A stretch of 64,000 nt of DNA, taken from Lama glama (lineage: Eukaryota). The stretch covers positions 310,001-374,000 of the forward strand of contig CM052842.1 of NCBI GenBank assembly GCA_028534125.1. The letters are read 5' to 3'. Below are positions 1 to 13,900 of this stretch, in pieces (the stretch's first letter is position 1; the number at the start of each line of letters is the position of its first letter). The notes under the pieces were generated by a model. That model saw only the letters and a program-made list of their open reading frames with translations, made no database searches and was not told the DNA's origin. The position numbers and the translations under genes were made by a program.

Positions 1-23
1 AATTCAAATTTCTGGGTCTATCC

Positions 24-140
24 ATAGTTTTGTTGAAACAGCACATTCACTGACGCCCTGTCTGCAGCTGCTTTTCCACAAGTTGGCAGAACAGAGACTG
101 TGTGGCCACAAAGCCCAAAATACTTTACTCCCAGCCCATC
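24..140. mobile_element. MER58-like (hAT-Charlie) DNA transposon fragment
   Basis: AGTTTTGTTGAAACAGCAC...ACAGAGACTGTGTGGCCACAAAGCCCAAAATACTTTACT resembles the MER58A internal sequence as I recall it; boundaries approximate. Confidence 0.6.
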
Positions 141-189
141 CCAGACACACTCCGTCATCCTGATCTGCCACCTTCATCATCACTCCCAC

Positions 190-400
190 TGTGCATGAGC
201 TGCTCCTTTGGTCTGGAAAGTTCTTCCACCAGATCTCAGGCTAGCTCTTCCCTTCTTGTCACTGAGATCTTAACTTAAACGTTACCTCCTGAGAAGTATT
301 CTGCGGCTACCTTGTCACTCTCCTGTCTTTTCACCCTACTTTCATTTTTGACCCTATTGACTGTTTTCTTCCCTGAACCAGGTGCCTGACTTGCGGAGGC
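190..400. mobile_element. Degenerate L2 LINE fragment
   Basis: CTGGAAAGTTCTTCCACCAGATCTC...AAACGTTACCTCCTGAGAAG resembles the L2 3' region; boundaries approximate. Confidence 0.45.
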
Positions 401-2669
401 ACCAGGGGAGCAGCACAGACTGAAACACAGGAGACTGTGAGCTTATGACTGAGTGGGCAGGACAGAAAAGGATATCCCTCTGTGGCGTGTGCGGCTGTGA
501 CACGTCTACTGCCCAGCCACCCTGAGCTCAGCCCAGAGGAAACACTGGTGGTCTGCCAGCCACGGCAACGCTCTGCCCCAAGCCTTGCCCACACAGGGAG
601 GGACATTCAAACCTGCCCAGACAGTGCGCAAGGCTCTGCAGGAGCCCCACCCTTCATTTGAGTCCTGGAGTCCTGGAGGCTCCCAAGGGCCACCCACATC
701 CACACCCTGCTCCTCCTTCCAAAATGGAAGGAGGTTCTAGCAGGTGGGTGGGGTTGAAACCTATAAAGCTTGCCACACAAAATCAACAATAGCCAAGGTC
801 AAGGATTGCTCAAGGTCTCAGGGAGCCCCTGGCATGGGAACACAGGGCTGAGATTCCGTCCCAGCCACACAGTGGTGCCGCCACCTGATCTCCACCTCCA
901 CCCTGCAGCCCCGTCCCTTTCCACTTTCCTGGACCTCCCCTGCCCCATCCACAACCTCCTGACTCTCTGCTGACCCTGCCACTTAAGCCAACTCCAATCC
1001 CCCCATCTCCCACACACACCCTCTCCTCCTTATTGGAAGCTCTTTGAAGACCCGTCTGCAGGCCCTGTCTCTGCAGCCCCACCTCCCATGCACTCCTCTG
1101 TAGCACCAGTCTGCCTGATCTCTGTCACCACCAAGGAAGGATGCAGCCCAGAATCCGCCAGGGACCATCAGGCCTCGCAGTGTTCCTGGCAAAGGAGCCC
1201 ACGCCCCTCTCCATGGGGCCCTCTCCCCAGGGAATCTGTGGAACTAGACTTTCCTGTACCTCTATGTCCTTTTTCCTCAATGTGCTGTGCTGGCAAGGAT
1301 TTGCCCGAGGCCGCACAGCTTGGAAATGGTGGGGGGAGGTTCCCACCCTTCCTTCCACCACCACAAAGGGATTCAGTATGGTGGTGGCATGACACACATG
1401 TGGAAAGGTGATCAGGGCTGGGGTCAGGGGGCAGAGGTTGGGGGCTAGTCTGCAAAGACAGGAGTGTTATCCTGAAGTCTGTGAGGAAGATTTCAAGGAG
1501 ACTTCAAGAATCAAATCTGCATTTCAGACCCATCAACCCTGGCAGGTGAGAAGGATAAAGTCAAGGGGCTGAGACAGAGCCAAGAAGATCAGTAGGAGCA
1601 AATGCTCTGAACTCAGAAGGAAATAAGGAGCCCCAGCAGCAGGCTACTGGGCAGGGGGATGGAAAGCAAGGGCCGGGATCAGGGGTATTTAGGCGGAAGT
1701 TTGGAAGGAGCCTGAAGGTGGGAAGACACTGCCAGCTAGATGTCTGGCTTTGGCCAACAGGTAGACTGTGGTAGAGGCTTTGGGCTGGGTCACCAGAGCC
1801 TCACCTGAGACTGAGTTTCCAAAACTGCATGCAGTGGAGACAAGACCCCAGCGTTGAGCCCACAGATACAAGGGCCTCCTTCCTAGCAGCCTGCCAGCTC
1901 AGGCAACCTTCTGAGGAGAGCAGAGTCTAGGATGAACCAGTGGAGAGCCTACAAGGAGGTGAGGACAGTCCTGCTAAAGCTTCCTCATCCCATTCTGAGC
2001 AAGAGCTCGGGTGGAGGGTGGGGTCAGGTAGCTGGCTCAGAGCACCACACATCCCCCAACCAGGGACTCCCAGAGCCAGCCACCAGCCCCTTAGGCAATT
2101 CAGCTCCAGGGTAGGACTACCCTCGGTACCTCTGAAGAGAAGTAGGGGGCCCAGCCAGGAGCACAGAGGCCCCTTTACACCCCTTCCAGGGAAACCCAGT
2201 CCTGCCAGGGGAGCACCTGAGGGAGCAAGGACAAGGACTGAGAGGAGCAGTGTTGTGCTCCCCTCCACCTCCACCCCCGAGGTAAGGATCCAGGAAGAAA
2301 AGGAAAGCCCAGCGCTTTGGGGAGGGCTAACTTTTCTTCAGCTTCCCTAAACCTGGAATGATTCCACACACATGTCCCCTCTCTGCACCCATGGAGATTA
2401 ACCCCATAGTGGTCTCAGACTCTGCTCCAGGACAGGGAGGGGCCCCCACCAGGCATGGATACCCCCTCCCAGGCCTGGAGCACCTCGATACCAGCACAGG
2501 GCCAGGCACTTTCAACACATCAGTCACTTTTCTTGCCCTGAGATCAGTCTGTGAGCTGGAGCCCAGAATCCCCATCACAAGTGAGGTGACTTGAACCCTT
2601 GGAAGTTTCAGGAACTTGCCCCAGAAAGGCTCTAATTTCTCCTCTGGCCTAACTCCAAAGTCCACACAA

Positions 2670-2790
2670 AGCCTGAGCGAGTCACTTCTCTGCAGGCCTC
2701 CATTTCCTCAGCTGAAAATGGAGATAATTTTATGCTGCCTACCTGACCAACAGGTTGCAAGAATGAAAACAACTCCAGTTATAGCTAGAA
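2670..2790. mobile_element. MIR SINE fragment
   Basis: AGTCACTT...GGCCTCCATTTCCTCAGCTGAAAATGGAGATAAT matches the MIR core pattern. Confidence 0.6.
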
Positions 2791-2879
2791 CGCGGAAAGC
2801 CCTGCTGGTGGCCTTCACAGCCTACCACTTCAGAAGCCTTCCTGACCCTGACATGGGCTATCCTGGGCCTCAACCACCT

Positions 2880-3480
2880 GAGCCCTAGTCGGGCCTGGAG
2901 ACCTGTGCCCTGACTCTGGCCCCTCCCTGTCTCCCCTCTCCCCTGGAGCCCCGGCTTCCCCTCTCTCCCCAAGGCCGGCCTCCTCTCTCCGGCCCCCCTC
3001 CCCCGACCCGCGTCCGGTCCTCCGGCCCGCCGCGCCCCCACGCCCAGGGCCCGGCCTCCTCTCCCCACACCCAGCCCGGTTCTCCCCGCACCAGGGCTCG
3101 GCCTCAACTCTCCGCACCCCACCGCCACTGGCGCCCGGCCTCCTCTCCCGCCTGCAGGGCCCGGAAGTCCGCGCCTCACCTTCCGCCTCGCGCACGCAGC
3201 CACCACCCAGTCGATCGGATCCGGTCGGCGAGTCAATCGGCGCAGCTAGCCTCCCGGCGCCGCGGGGGCGGGCCCCGCGCCCGGCCCTCGCCATGGCAAC
3301 GAGACACTTCCGGCCTGCAGGCCCCGAGCCGGAAGCCGCGGCGCCCGGCGGGAGCCGGGGGCGGGGCCAAGCCGCCAGGGGGCGGGGCCTGCCCGGAGCG
3401 ACGGGGAGCGGCCGCAGATGGTGCGGTGTGAACGTCCGCGGCGTGGGCATCCTCGGTGCGGATGAGACCCGGCTGAGGCC
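2880..3480. promoter_or_regulatory. CpG island promoter with RFX X-box, ETS sites and GC boxes (probable PPP1R16A promoter)
   Basis: CpG-dense; CTCGCCATGGCAAC 3287-3300; ACTTCCGG 3306-3313; CCGGAAG 3329-3335; GGGGCGGGG boxes at about 3357-3388. Confidence 0.85.
3180..3290 (-). other. PPP1R16A: Probable first non-coding exon of PPP1R16A; the gene continues off the left edge
   Basis: Minus-strand donor GGAAG|GTGAG at 3180/3179 inside the CpG island. Identity is inferred only from the conserved head-to-head position about 2 kb upstream of FOXH1; 5' end approximate. Confidence 0.6.
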
Positions 3481-3589
3481 GGGAGGGCAAGTAGTCAAAA
3501 GGTTCTTAGAAAGGTGGTCATCTATTTATGCTGATTTTAAGGAAAGGTCACACACAGTTCACTCGACCCTCGACTGACCCCAAAGCAGG

Positions 3590-3950
3590 GGCATCACGAG
3601 TGGAAAGAACAGCCTGCGTCAAAGTGGAAGGACCCAGTGCACTGCAGATATGGGAAGAGCCGAGGTGGGAGTTTAGGAGGGTGGGGGCTGGCAGCGGGGG
3701 TAAGTGCGGGCGGTGATGAGTAGTCAGGACATGAGGAGCCTTGAACGCCAAACCAAGAGCGGGCTTTATCCTGGAAGCGAGGGAGCACCAGTGGAGGAAA
3801 GGGTGTGACTTAAGACTTGGTGAGAAAGACGTCTTTGCTGACCGCGTGGGGCTAGGAAGCTATATGTAGCCTGGTAAGACACCAGGATCCCTCAGCTAGA
3901 GCCCTGGAAACAGACAGGAGTTGGCGGGGTGTTGTAGGAGTCCAGAGGAG
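3590..3950. mobile_element. Degenerate L2 LINE fragment
   Basis: GGAGCCTTGAACGCCAAACCAAGAGCGGGCTTTATCCTGGAAG...GAAAGACGTCTTTGCTG follows the typical L2 pattern; boundaries approximate. Confidence 0.45.
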
Positions 3951-5477
3951 GCCCGGTGCCGTCTGAAGGGAGGGCTTGAGATAGTGGAGGGGACAGTGTG
4001 GTGCCCCCATGCATCATCCATCCCAGCCTCAGGCTTCCTCCAGGGCTCCCATCCCTCATTCCTTCCCTCAGTACCTCAGTGAGAGCTGGGCACCCTCTGC
4101 ATGCTGCAGATTTTCAATACTTCAAGGGTATAATGGGGGGGTGCTGCTGCATATGAAAAGCTGAATTCTTGGAGTAAAGTGATATAAAGCGTGTCCCTGT
4201 GCTCCCGTGACCTCCCTCAGGTCCTGGGGTCCTAACACCAACACCACCACCACTGCTGGTGCCCAGTCCTCACCAGCAGGGAATCTGGGTTTTGAGGCAG
4301 GGTACAGAGCACAGGCCCTGACTGACTTGAGGAACAGAGCCACAGACCAGATGTCCAGGGAGGAGGTGAGGGGACAGAAGGGTCTGAGACACAGGAGGAC
4401 CATGTCTCAGGGCAGCAGCCAGATGCATTTTTCCAGGACCACACCTTGGGGCCAGGCCTGAGAAGGGGGTGCTGGCCCTGCAGGCCTCCCCAGTCTCCAC
4501 TCCCTCTCCTGGAGTGCCCCTCCTCTGCTCAGGGCAGCTCCCCACCAGCCTGGGGAGCATTTCCCTCCTAACCTAACCTGCAGGGCCCTGAGGCTGCCTG
4601 GAAAGCTTTTTCTGTGAACCCATATGTAACACACCTGCACACACTCTTGCCTAGTGTGAAGCCAGGTGGTCCTCCCGGGCACCTCTGGGAAGAAACCATA
4701 ACCCATGGGGCTGTATTCCCAAGGCCTGGCCCCCAGTGAACCCTTACAGCTAGAAGGCCTCTCCCTCCATGCACACCCTCCCAAGGGCACACTGCCTGAG
4801 TGCCCAAGAGAACCAAGTGGCATTCTCCCAGGGGGCCCAGAAGAGGAAGAGGGAGACAAACATGCTTCCAGGATGTCATTTGGGGCCAGGCAGATCCAGG
4901 TTCCCAGGGTCGTGAGGTACACAGTGAATAAGGAGGGCTGGTCAGCTCCCAGGACCCACTGTGGACCCGCACCAAGGTGGGAAGGAAAGTGGCCTCAAGG
5001 GCCAGGGGAAGCCTGCTGGGGCCCTGCAGCAACCTGTGGGGAAAATCCCTTGAGTCAACCATGTCCCTCTTTTGTTTCTGAACTTTCTTCTAGGAAGTCC
5101 TCCTAGACTACCACCGAAGTCGGGCTAGGGCTAGCTGCTCGGCCTTGAACTCTGGGCAGGGCCCACCCCTTCTTGGGCAAATCACTCCATTTGTTAAATG
5201 CGAGCCTGAGATCCAGCTGGGATAAAGGAACTGTGGGTCATAAACCCCTTGGAAGGGCTTTTCCTTCCACCTCTTGGGGGGTGCCAAAGGCAGCCCAGGA
5301 GTGAGGAATGAGGCCTGGGTGGCCGCCTGCAGCCCCCACTGGAATCTCCCCTGCTCCTCCCTTCCAGATTAACCGAAACCTGCTAATTGTGGCTGCTCTC
5401 TGCATGCTCCCCTCCCCCACCACCTATTTCTACCTCCCTTTGCCTCCCCTCCCCTCCCCCTTCCATCCGAATGATAA

Positions 5478-7112
<1,635 letters not shown>

Positions 7113-7625
7113 GCCTCCCAGGGCAGGGGCAGCTTTCCTCTCCCACCCTCTCCCGCCACCATCTGGCTTGTTGAGGGGAAACCAAGGACAAGAGGACCAA
7201 GAGGTGTGCGTAGCTACAGCAGCATTGAGACACGAGGCATCACTTGAGCTGAGAGTCCACATGTTTACTGGACTGCCCCAGAAGAGCTGTGGCCCAGCTG
7301 GGTGTCACCCTGGCCCTGGTAGTCAGCCATGCCTCACCTACCCCAAGGCAAGGCTGGGACCAGGGCTCTGTTTGGAGTAGCCCTTCCTGGTCCCACCATC
7401 TCTGGCCCTCTGCCCATCTATCCAACCATCCATCACCATCAGTCACCTCCCCTCCCTGGCTCCGGGCTGGGGGAGGGAAAGCCTAATGGCAGCTCTGGCC
7501 TGAAATCCTGTCCTCCCTCAAATGCCTGGGAAGGAGGTAGCACCTTCTGGGGGAAAGGGAACAGAGGCCCTACCTGGTTTTGATGGTGGTAGTGGGGAAG
7601 ATAACAGTAAAGGAACAGACAACAT

Positions 7626-7631
7626 TTTAAT
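7626..7631 (-). terminator. Probable KIFC2 poly(A) signal ATTAAA
   Basis: TTTAAT on the plus strand, about 310 nt past the KIFC2 stop, followed on the minus strand by a U-rich stretch. Confidence 0.65.
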
Positions 7632-7937
7632 GCAAGTCTGATATTTGGTGGCTGGGTAGTGACTCTGGTGACCACTTGGCCAGGGTCTGCCTCCCAGCTC
7701 TGAGACCCCCTGCGGCGCACCGCGATAACATCAGATGGTGATAAGGAAGGGGCTGAGAGCCTGGGCCAAGGGGAGGCAATCCTTACTCCAGGCCAAACAT
7801 GGGGTTGGAGGAGAGGTGGGTTAGACTCTGGGAGTTTCGGGGGCACTGGGTCCCTAGAGGTCGAGGAGGTCATGAGGAGAGTGGGGTCTTTGCTGCCTCT
7901 GCCGGCAGAGACGCGACTCCAGACTCCTAGGGTGGGA

Positions 7938-10900
7938 CTACGAAGGCAGCTCCTCTGGTGGTGAGAGGGCTGAGCTGGAGCCGCTGTCCAGGCCAGGGCT
8001 TGGCGGGCTGCCGGGGGATGGTGTCGGTGTGCAGGGCGTCCCGGTGAGCGGTGTTTCGGTGCTCAGGGAGGAGGGCGTCCCCGAGCGCGGGGCCCTGCGG
8101 GGTCTAGCCGGCCCCAGCTCCACTTGGCCCACTCGCTCGGCGAACTTGAGCGAGCACACGGTCTCGCCGAGATCCTCGGGCCGCGTGGAGATCTGCGAGG
8201 GAGCGGGCTGGTGGGCGGGCCCGAGTGGGCGGCGCCTGGCATGCAAACCACCCTCCCGCGGGCCTGCGGGGCGGGCCCCACCTGCAGCAACAGCACCGCG
8301 GTGGCGCCGGGGCCGAGCGCGGGCTGCAGCAAGCGTGTGAGCTGCGAATCGCGGAAGGGCACGTGTGGCCGGCGGGCCCGCAGCGCGGTCATCACGCCTC
8401 CCAGCGCCAGCAGCGAGCGATTGATGGTCCGAGCTTCCCGCAGACGTTGGGCGCCGTCCCGGTCTTCCCACGAGGTGCTGGCTGCCCCCGCCTTCCAGGC
8501 ACGCTCGGATCCGGCCAGGTCCACCAGGTGCAGCGTGCCTGTGGGGACACGCGAGCCCGACATCAAGGGGGGCCCGGTGTCGGTTCGGCGACGCCCCCCC
8601 GCAGGGCTCAGGCGCGGGCCGTGGTACCTGAGGTGGCAGGACCGCGCAGTGGGGACGCCGTGCGCAGAGTCAGCGTGACCAGGGCATGCGAACGAGAGCT
8701 GTGCTGGTTCATGACGGTGGCGGCGGTGGCCCGGTTGCCCCTTCCCAGGCTCAGCATCTGGAGGCCGGAGCAACAGGGCTGGCCTACCGCAGGATCTGGG
8801 CCCCAGGTGGGAGTACCGCGCGGGGCCTTGGAGGACTCTGCAGCCTTACCTGATGCAACGACTCCAGGTTGGGCACTTCCCAGTGGGTGAGGCCAGCCAC
8901 CTGGATTCCCCCCTGGCCTGCTGGGCCTTGCCTCACGGCCAGGCGCTGGGGAGGCCCTGGGGCTAGGAGGTCCCTGGGAGTGAAAAGGGGGGGCTTTGTT
9001 GGGAGTTCCAGGAGGGTGGAACCAAAAGAAGGCGGGGCAGAGGCAGCCAGGGACAACCCTGACCTGACAGCTTCGTTGTAGATCTCCACCATGCTGAGTG
9101 TCACGCGGTGCTGTCCGCCTGTCCCCATCTCCCGGAACAGTGACTGCAGTGCCCTAGGAGCTATGCCAGGGTCCTCAGGTGGGCCCTGGGGACAGGGCAG
9201 GGGGCCACATTAGGCTCATTTTCCAGCCCCTGGCCTCAGGAGCCACCCAGACTCCCCACTTTCCCACCTCCATGCTGTAGGTCTTCCCTGTCCCCGTTTG
9301 ACCATAGGTGAAAATGCAGACACTGTAGCCTCCAAGGCAGGACAGCACAGCTGACTCCAGTTCTCTGAAGACCTATAGGGGTAGGAGGGGTGGGAGGGGC
9401 CCTAAGCCCCAGGATATGAACAAATCAATTTCTCTGGGAGGAGGATGGGTCTAGCTAGGGGAGCACAATGCGAGGGTGGATCTTCCAACAGACAGAGTAG
9501 GCTCCCTGGAGAACATGGCATTTGCAAGAATTTGCCAAGCGAAGACAGGAAGGGACATGACAGGAAAAGAGAACAGGTGATACAGAGTACTGGAGTCCTG
9601 ACAACAACCGCTTGGGAGGCCGGGGGAGTACCCCGGGCTTGACTGCCAGGTTCAAATCCTGCGTCTGGTTGGAGGCAAGTCACTCAGCCTTCCCCTATGA
9701 GAGATAAGGACTACAGTGGCACCTGTTATGAGGGTTAAGTGGCAACATCTACCAGGAGGGCTAGTGCAGCACCCAGCACACGACAGATGAACCCTGAGGG
9801 CCCCATGGGTGTGGGGCACAGTGGCCAGCTGAAGCCTCAGAGGGTGCAGAAAGGCAGGTGAAGGGAAGATGGAGATGGGACGTGTGTCCTGTGGCAACTG
9901 GACACCAGCAGCAGCCTTCTGAGCAATGAATTCGCCAGATTTCATGCCCAGAAGGTGGCTGATAACTGAGCGGGCTGTCAGTTCTGCGTGAAGTGGTGGC
10001 TGCCAGTCAAGAGGACAGAATCAGAACTGCCAGTGGGGTCACTCAGATTCCACGACCAGAAAGAAGCACTGGGGGTGGCTATGGTGGGGGCACTGTGGCA
10101 CTGTTGCAGAGGTGGGAACATAGGTGAGGGGACTTCTAACAGATAACTTTAGCTCTTTCATCCAGATGTGTTGAATTGGAGGGCCCTGTCCAGAAAGGCT
10201 ATCCAGAAGACAGTGGACAAGGAGGGCCCCGTTCAGGGCTACAGTTTGGGACGGAGGCTGAAGACGGGGTTGGGGGTAGTGTGGAGGATACCCAGAGAGA
10301 AAGGTAGGTGGAAAACAGCTGTGGGACCCCAGGAAGTAGGGGAGAGAGCCCCAGCCGCCTGCCAGGCACTCTCATCACACTCTGTCCCTGTGAGGCCAGC
10401 ACAGGTCTGAGTCTGACAGCTCTGTCCCTTGACTCACCCCCTTCCGACTCTCAGCCTCCATTTTCTGAGCTATGGAAGGTCTAGTTGCAAAGTCTGTGTG
10501 CGATGGAGATGGCGTATGTGAGGCAAGGTGGTGGTGGGGCTGTGACTTAAGCCTCTGTTTTCAGCTCACTGGGTCTAGCAGGAAAGGGGAGGGAAGGGGG
10601 GAGGATCCGTGTGGAGCAATGGGAAAGCCTTGAGGCTGGAAGATCACCTGTGCCCCACCATTCCCCTGGCCACAAAGTAAGGAGGGGTGCCCGCTGTCAG
10701 GGCTGGGCCGGGGAGTGGGCAGCTGAAGAAGCCTGGGGGGAGGAGGTCACAGCACTGTCCCCACCACAACAGCACCCCAGCCACGCTCCACAGCCAGCCT
10801 TGCGTGAACAGTGACTGTCACTTCAGACACGTTCATTATCATTAGTTTCCTGGTAAAAAAAAAGTATTTTTGAAAATGGTAATCTTCCTGTCTAAACCGG

Positions 10901-13900
10901 GAAGTCTTTCTCTCCTGCTTGCAGGGCTCGGTGGGGGAATACAAAGGGAAAACCCTGGAAGGAAAGGAGGTGCCCAGCTAGGATGCCAGTCTGCCTCCCA
11001 GATTCTTTCCCTTCCCTGCTAGAGTCCAGCCACTCTCCCTCTGAGGAGGGCAGGCCAACAGGGAAGGGGAACTCAGAACTTCTTCTGGACTCCAGGGGAC
11101 TCTGAGGGATGGTCAGCACAGGTGCAAGGGTGGGGCATCACCTCCTCCTGGCTGGCATGTGGAGGGAAGACCCAGTCTAGGCGGAAGCGACGCTGGTGCC
11201 CTCGATAGCAAGTGGTGACAGTGCCACCCGGGCCAGGCTCCAAGCTCACCAGGCTGGAGGGTGTCCCTGGCCTCAGCCGACACAGCACACGGATGTTTCC
11301 TGGGGTGGAGAGCAGGTCAGCAGGGCTGCCTCCCAGGTCCTAAAGCACCGAGAAGCTCCAGTTCCTCCACCTCTCCCTGCCCCATCCCTGTGCTCCCCAA
11401 GAATGCCATACCTTTGAGCTCCAACAGCCGCCCTGGGCATCTGGCTAGGGGCCCCTGCTTTGCCTCCTGGAACTTAGTCCCAGCCCCTCCAGCTGACAGT
11501 GCCCCCAGGGCCCAGGATACCTGGGGGAATAAAGATGTGAGGAAGGGAAACAGTCCAAGGAGAGCAAGGGGTTGGGGATGCGGTGCTGAGAGCAATGTCT
11601 ACCACGGGGCCCCCCAGATGTGGTGATCTACAACTTCCAATGGCTTCAGGCCCCTGGGGGCATCATTCAGGGGGCCTGGGATGGAGCTGAGGAACCAGAG
11701 GAGAACCATAGGCAAGGACATCATCGGTCTCTCCAGGGCTTCCTGGCCACCCTGTGAGGGATTCAGTCACCCCAATTTGCACAGAACAAAAATGACACCC
11801 AGAAGTGAGATCACACCCAGGATCACACAAGTTGTTCTGGTTCCTGAGCCCACAACTCCCTGGGGCTGGAAAGAGGATAAACAGAGGTTCCCAGAGTAGA
11901 TCAGTGACAACGCTGCCCAGAGAGTAAGTGCAAGGGGGGGAGCCAGTGGTCCTGACCTGACCCCGGGCTTCACTCAGTGAACCCTGACAGCTCTGGGTAA
12001 AGGTGCTGACCAGGCCTCGGAGGTCCCCACAGCCCTGACGCAAGCTGGCCATACGTGCACGAAGTCCTGGTGGGCAAAGGTGGTTGTGAGGGAAAGCCCA
12101 GACCCAAGAGCTCTCCCGTGGGCTCCCTAGCCCCAGCCCTTACCTGCTAGCTGCCCATGCATCTGCTGCAGCTCCCTTCTGCAGTTCTGCTCAGTCTCCT
12201 GCTGGAGCTGCTGGAGGGCCCCCCGAAGGCCCTGCAGCTGCATCTCCTGTGCCCCCAGCTGCCCCGCCCAACCCAACCCCTGTCACTGAGGAAACAGGCA
12301 CTTACCAGGCTTTGCCTCAGACACTCCCTTCCCAGTGCCCCAAGACTCCCCGGCCCTTGGGCCCAGCACCCACCTGGACTCGGAGCGCTTCGGTGGTGTC
12401 CTGGGCCTCCTGCAGTCGGCCCTGGAGCTCCGCCAGTGCTTCTGCCTCCTCCTGTAGGAGGGGTGGGAACCAGGTGAGCTACGGAGCCAGGAGGAAACTC
12501 AGGGAGAGGCACTCCAGCTGCCCCACAGAAAGTCAAGTTGAGACGAGCACACACAGCCAGTCAGGAATCCAAGCCTCCCAGTTCCATGCAGGGCTCGTTT
12601 CCCCAAGTCCCTCTGCTCTCCTGGGGTCAGTCACAGAGGGGAGCCATAGGGTGGAGGGGAGGGGTTCTCCTGTGGGCATCAGTCTTTTTGATGGGGACTG
12701 TCCCTGATCCTGGCTGCTGCCTCTGCTCCAGCAAGCAGGAGGTCCTGCAGGAGCCTGGGAAGTGATGCTAGAGACCAGGTGTGCGGGAGGCCCAGACTGC
12801 AGGGACGGTGGAGACTAAGAGCAGGATACCTGTGGGGCCCTGCTGAGGGGGCCAGGGCCCCAGTGCAGCAGGAGGTCCCGAGTAAGGCTCAGGCTCTGTT
12901 TCAGGGCCTTGTTCTCCAGAGTTAGATACTGAACCCTTTTCTCCGAGTCTGTCGCCCCCTGCCAGAGAAGGAAGCCCTCAAGACTCACAGTGAAAATCTC
13001 TCACATCCCCACCCCCAACCCCGCAGCCTCACCACTCCCAGGCGCAGATGGCCCAGCTCCTTCTCCTGCAGTTCCAGCTGCTGCTTCAGTTCTTCCAGCT
13101 GGAAAGGAGAGAGAGGCACCAGGTAGACCACCTCCTTCTAGTCCTCTCCCAGTTCCCCGCTGCCTCCTGAGCCCCTCACCTGTCCAAGGATGAACTGTTC
13201 CAGCCGCTGCCAAGCCCTCTGGTCCACCTCCAGCTGGGGAGGCTGCTGCCCCTGGGCCTCACCCCTTGGTGAAAAGGAAGGGCTTTCATCTTGGGATGGG
13301 GTTCCTGGGGTGAGATGAACCCAGTTAGGACTGAAGAGCTCTCTGGCCTGAAGAAGGGGGCACCTCAGGAGCAAGGCAGGGCTTAGGACCCTGCACTCCA
13401 GGCTGCTCAAGTTCTGGTGGGTGTCACTCCCTTGACAAACTCCCTCTTGAACTCACTACGCCTGACGCACCAGCAGGAATGGGGGACTGCACCCCTGAGG
13501 CTGCCTGAGTCCCCTGGAGCACGGCCTGCCTCCCCCTGGGGCTCCGAATCCATGCCAGGAGGGCCAAGAGCTGACCAGTCACCGTCAACAATGGGGGGAC
13601 ATCACCAGGCTATGAAAGAAATAGGAATCAAAGTGGAGAAGGAAGAAGGTTGGGGTGGGGGAAACAGGGATGTGGAGATCAGAAGGACTGGTGAGACAAA
13701 ACAGGTCGCTGGGAGAGTCTCAACTCCGCTTACCTTGCTCAGGTCGGGAGGATTCCCAAAGCTCTCCTCTGCCCCCAGCTGGACTGAGAGGAACTCAGCA
13801 ACACGCACCAGAGCCTCTTCCAGGGAGACCTCGGCTGGACCGCCCTCAGCTCCCCCTCCGGGCCCATCCTCAGACTCCGGGCAGCCTGTGAGGCCAGGTG

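Noticed and set aside
12300-12310. Consensus donor CTG|GTAAGT inside KIFC2 intron 8 (minus strand)
   Set aside because: It would leave a 47-nt intron and the extension contains an in-frame stop; probably a decoy site.
13500-13560. Apparent frameshift in KIFC2 exon 4
   Set aside because: Recounting the homopolymers gives an intact frame ([14 protein letters not shown]).
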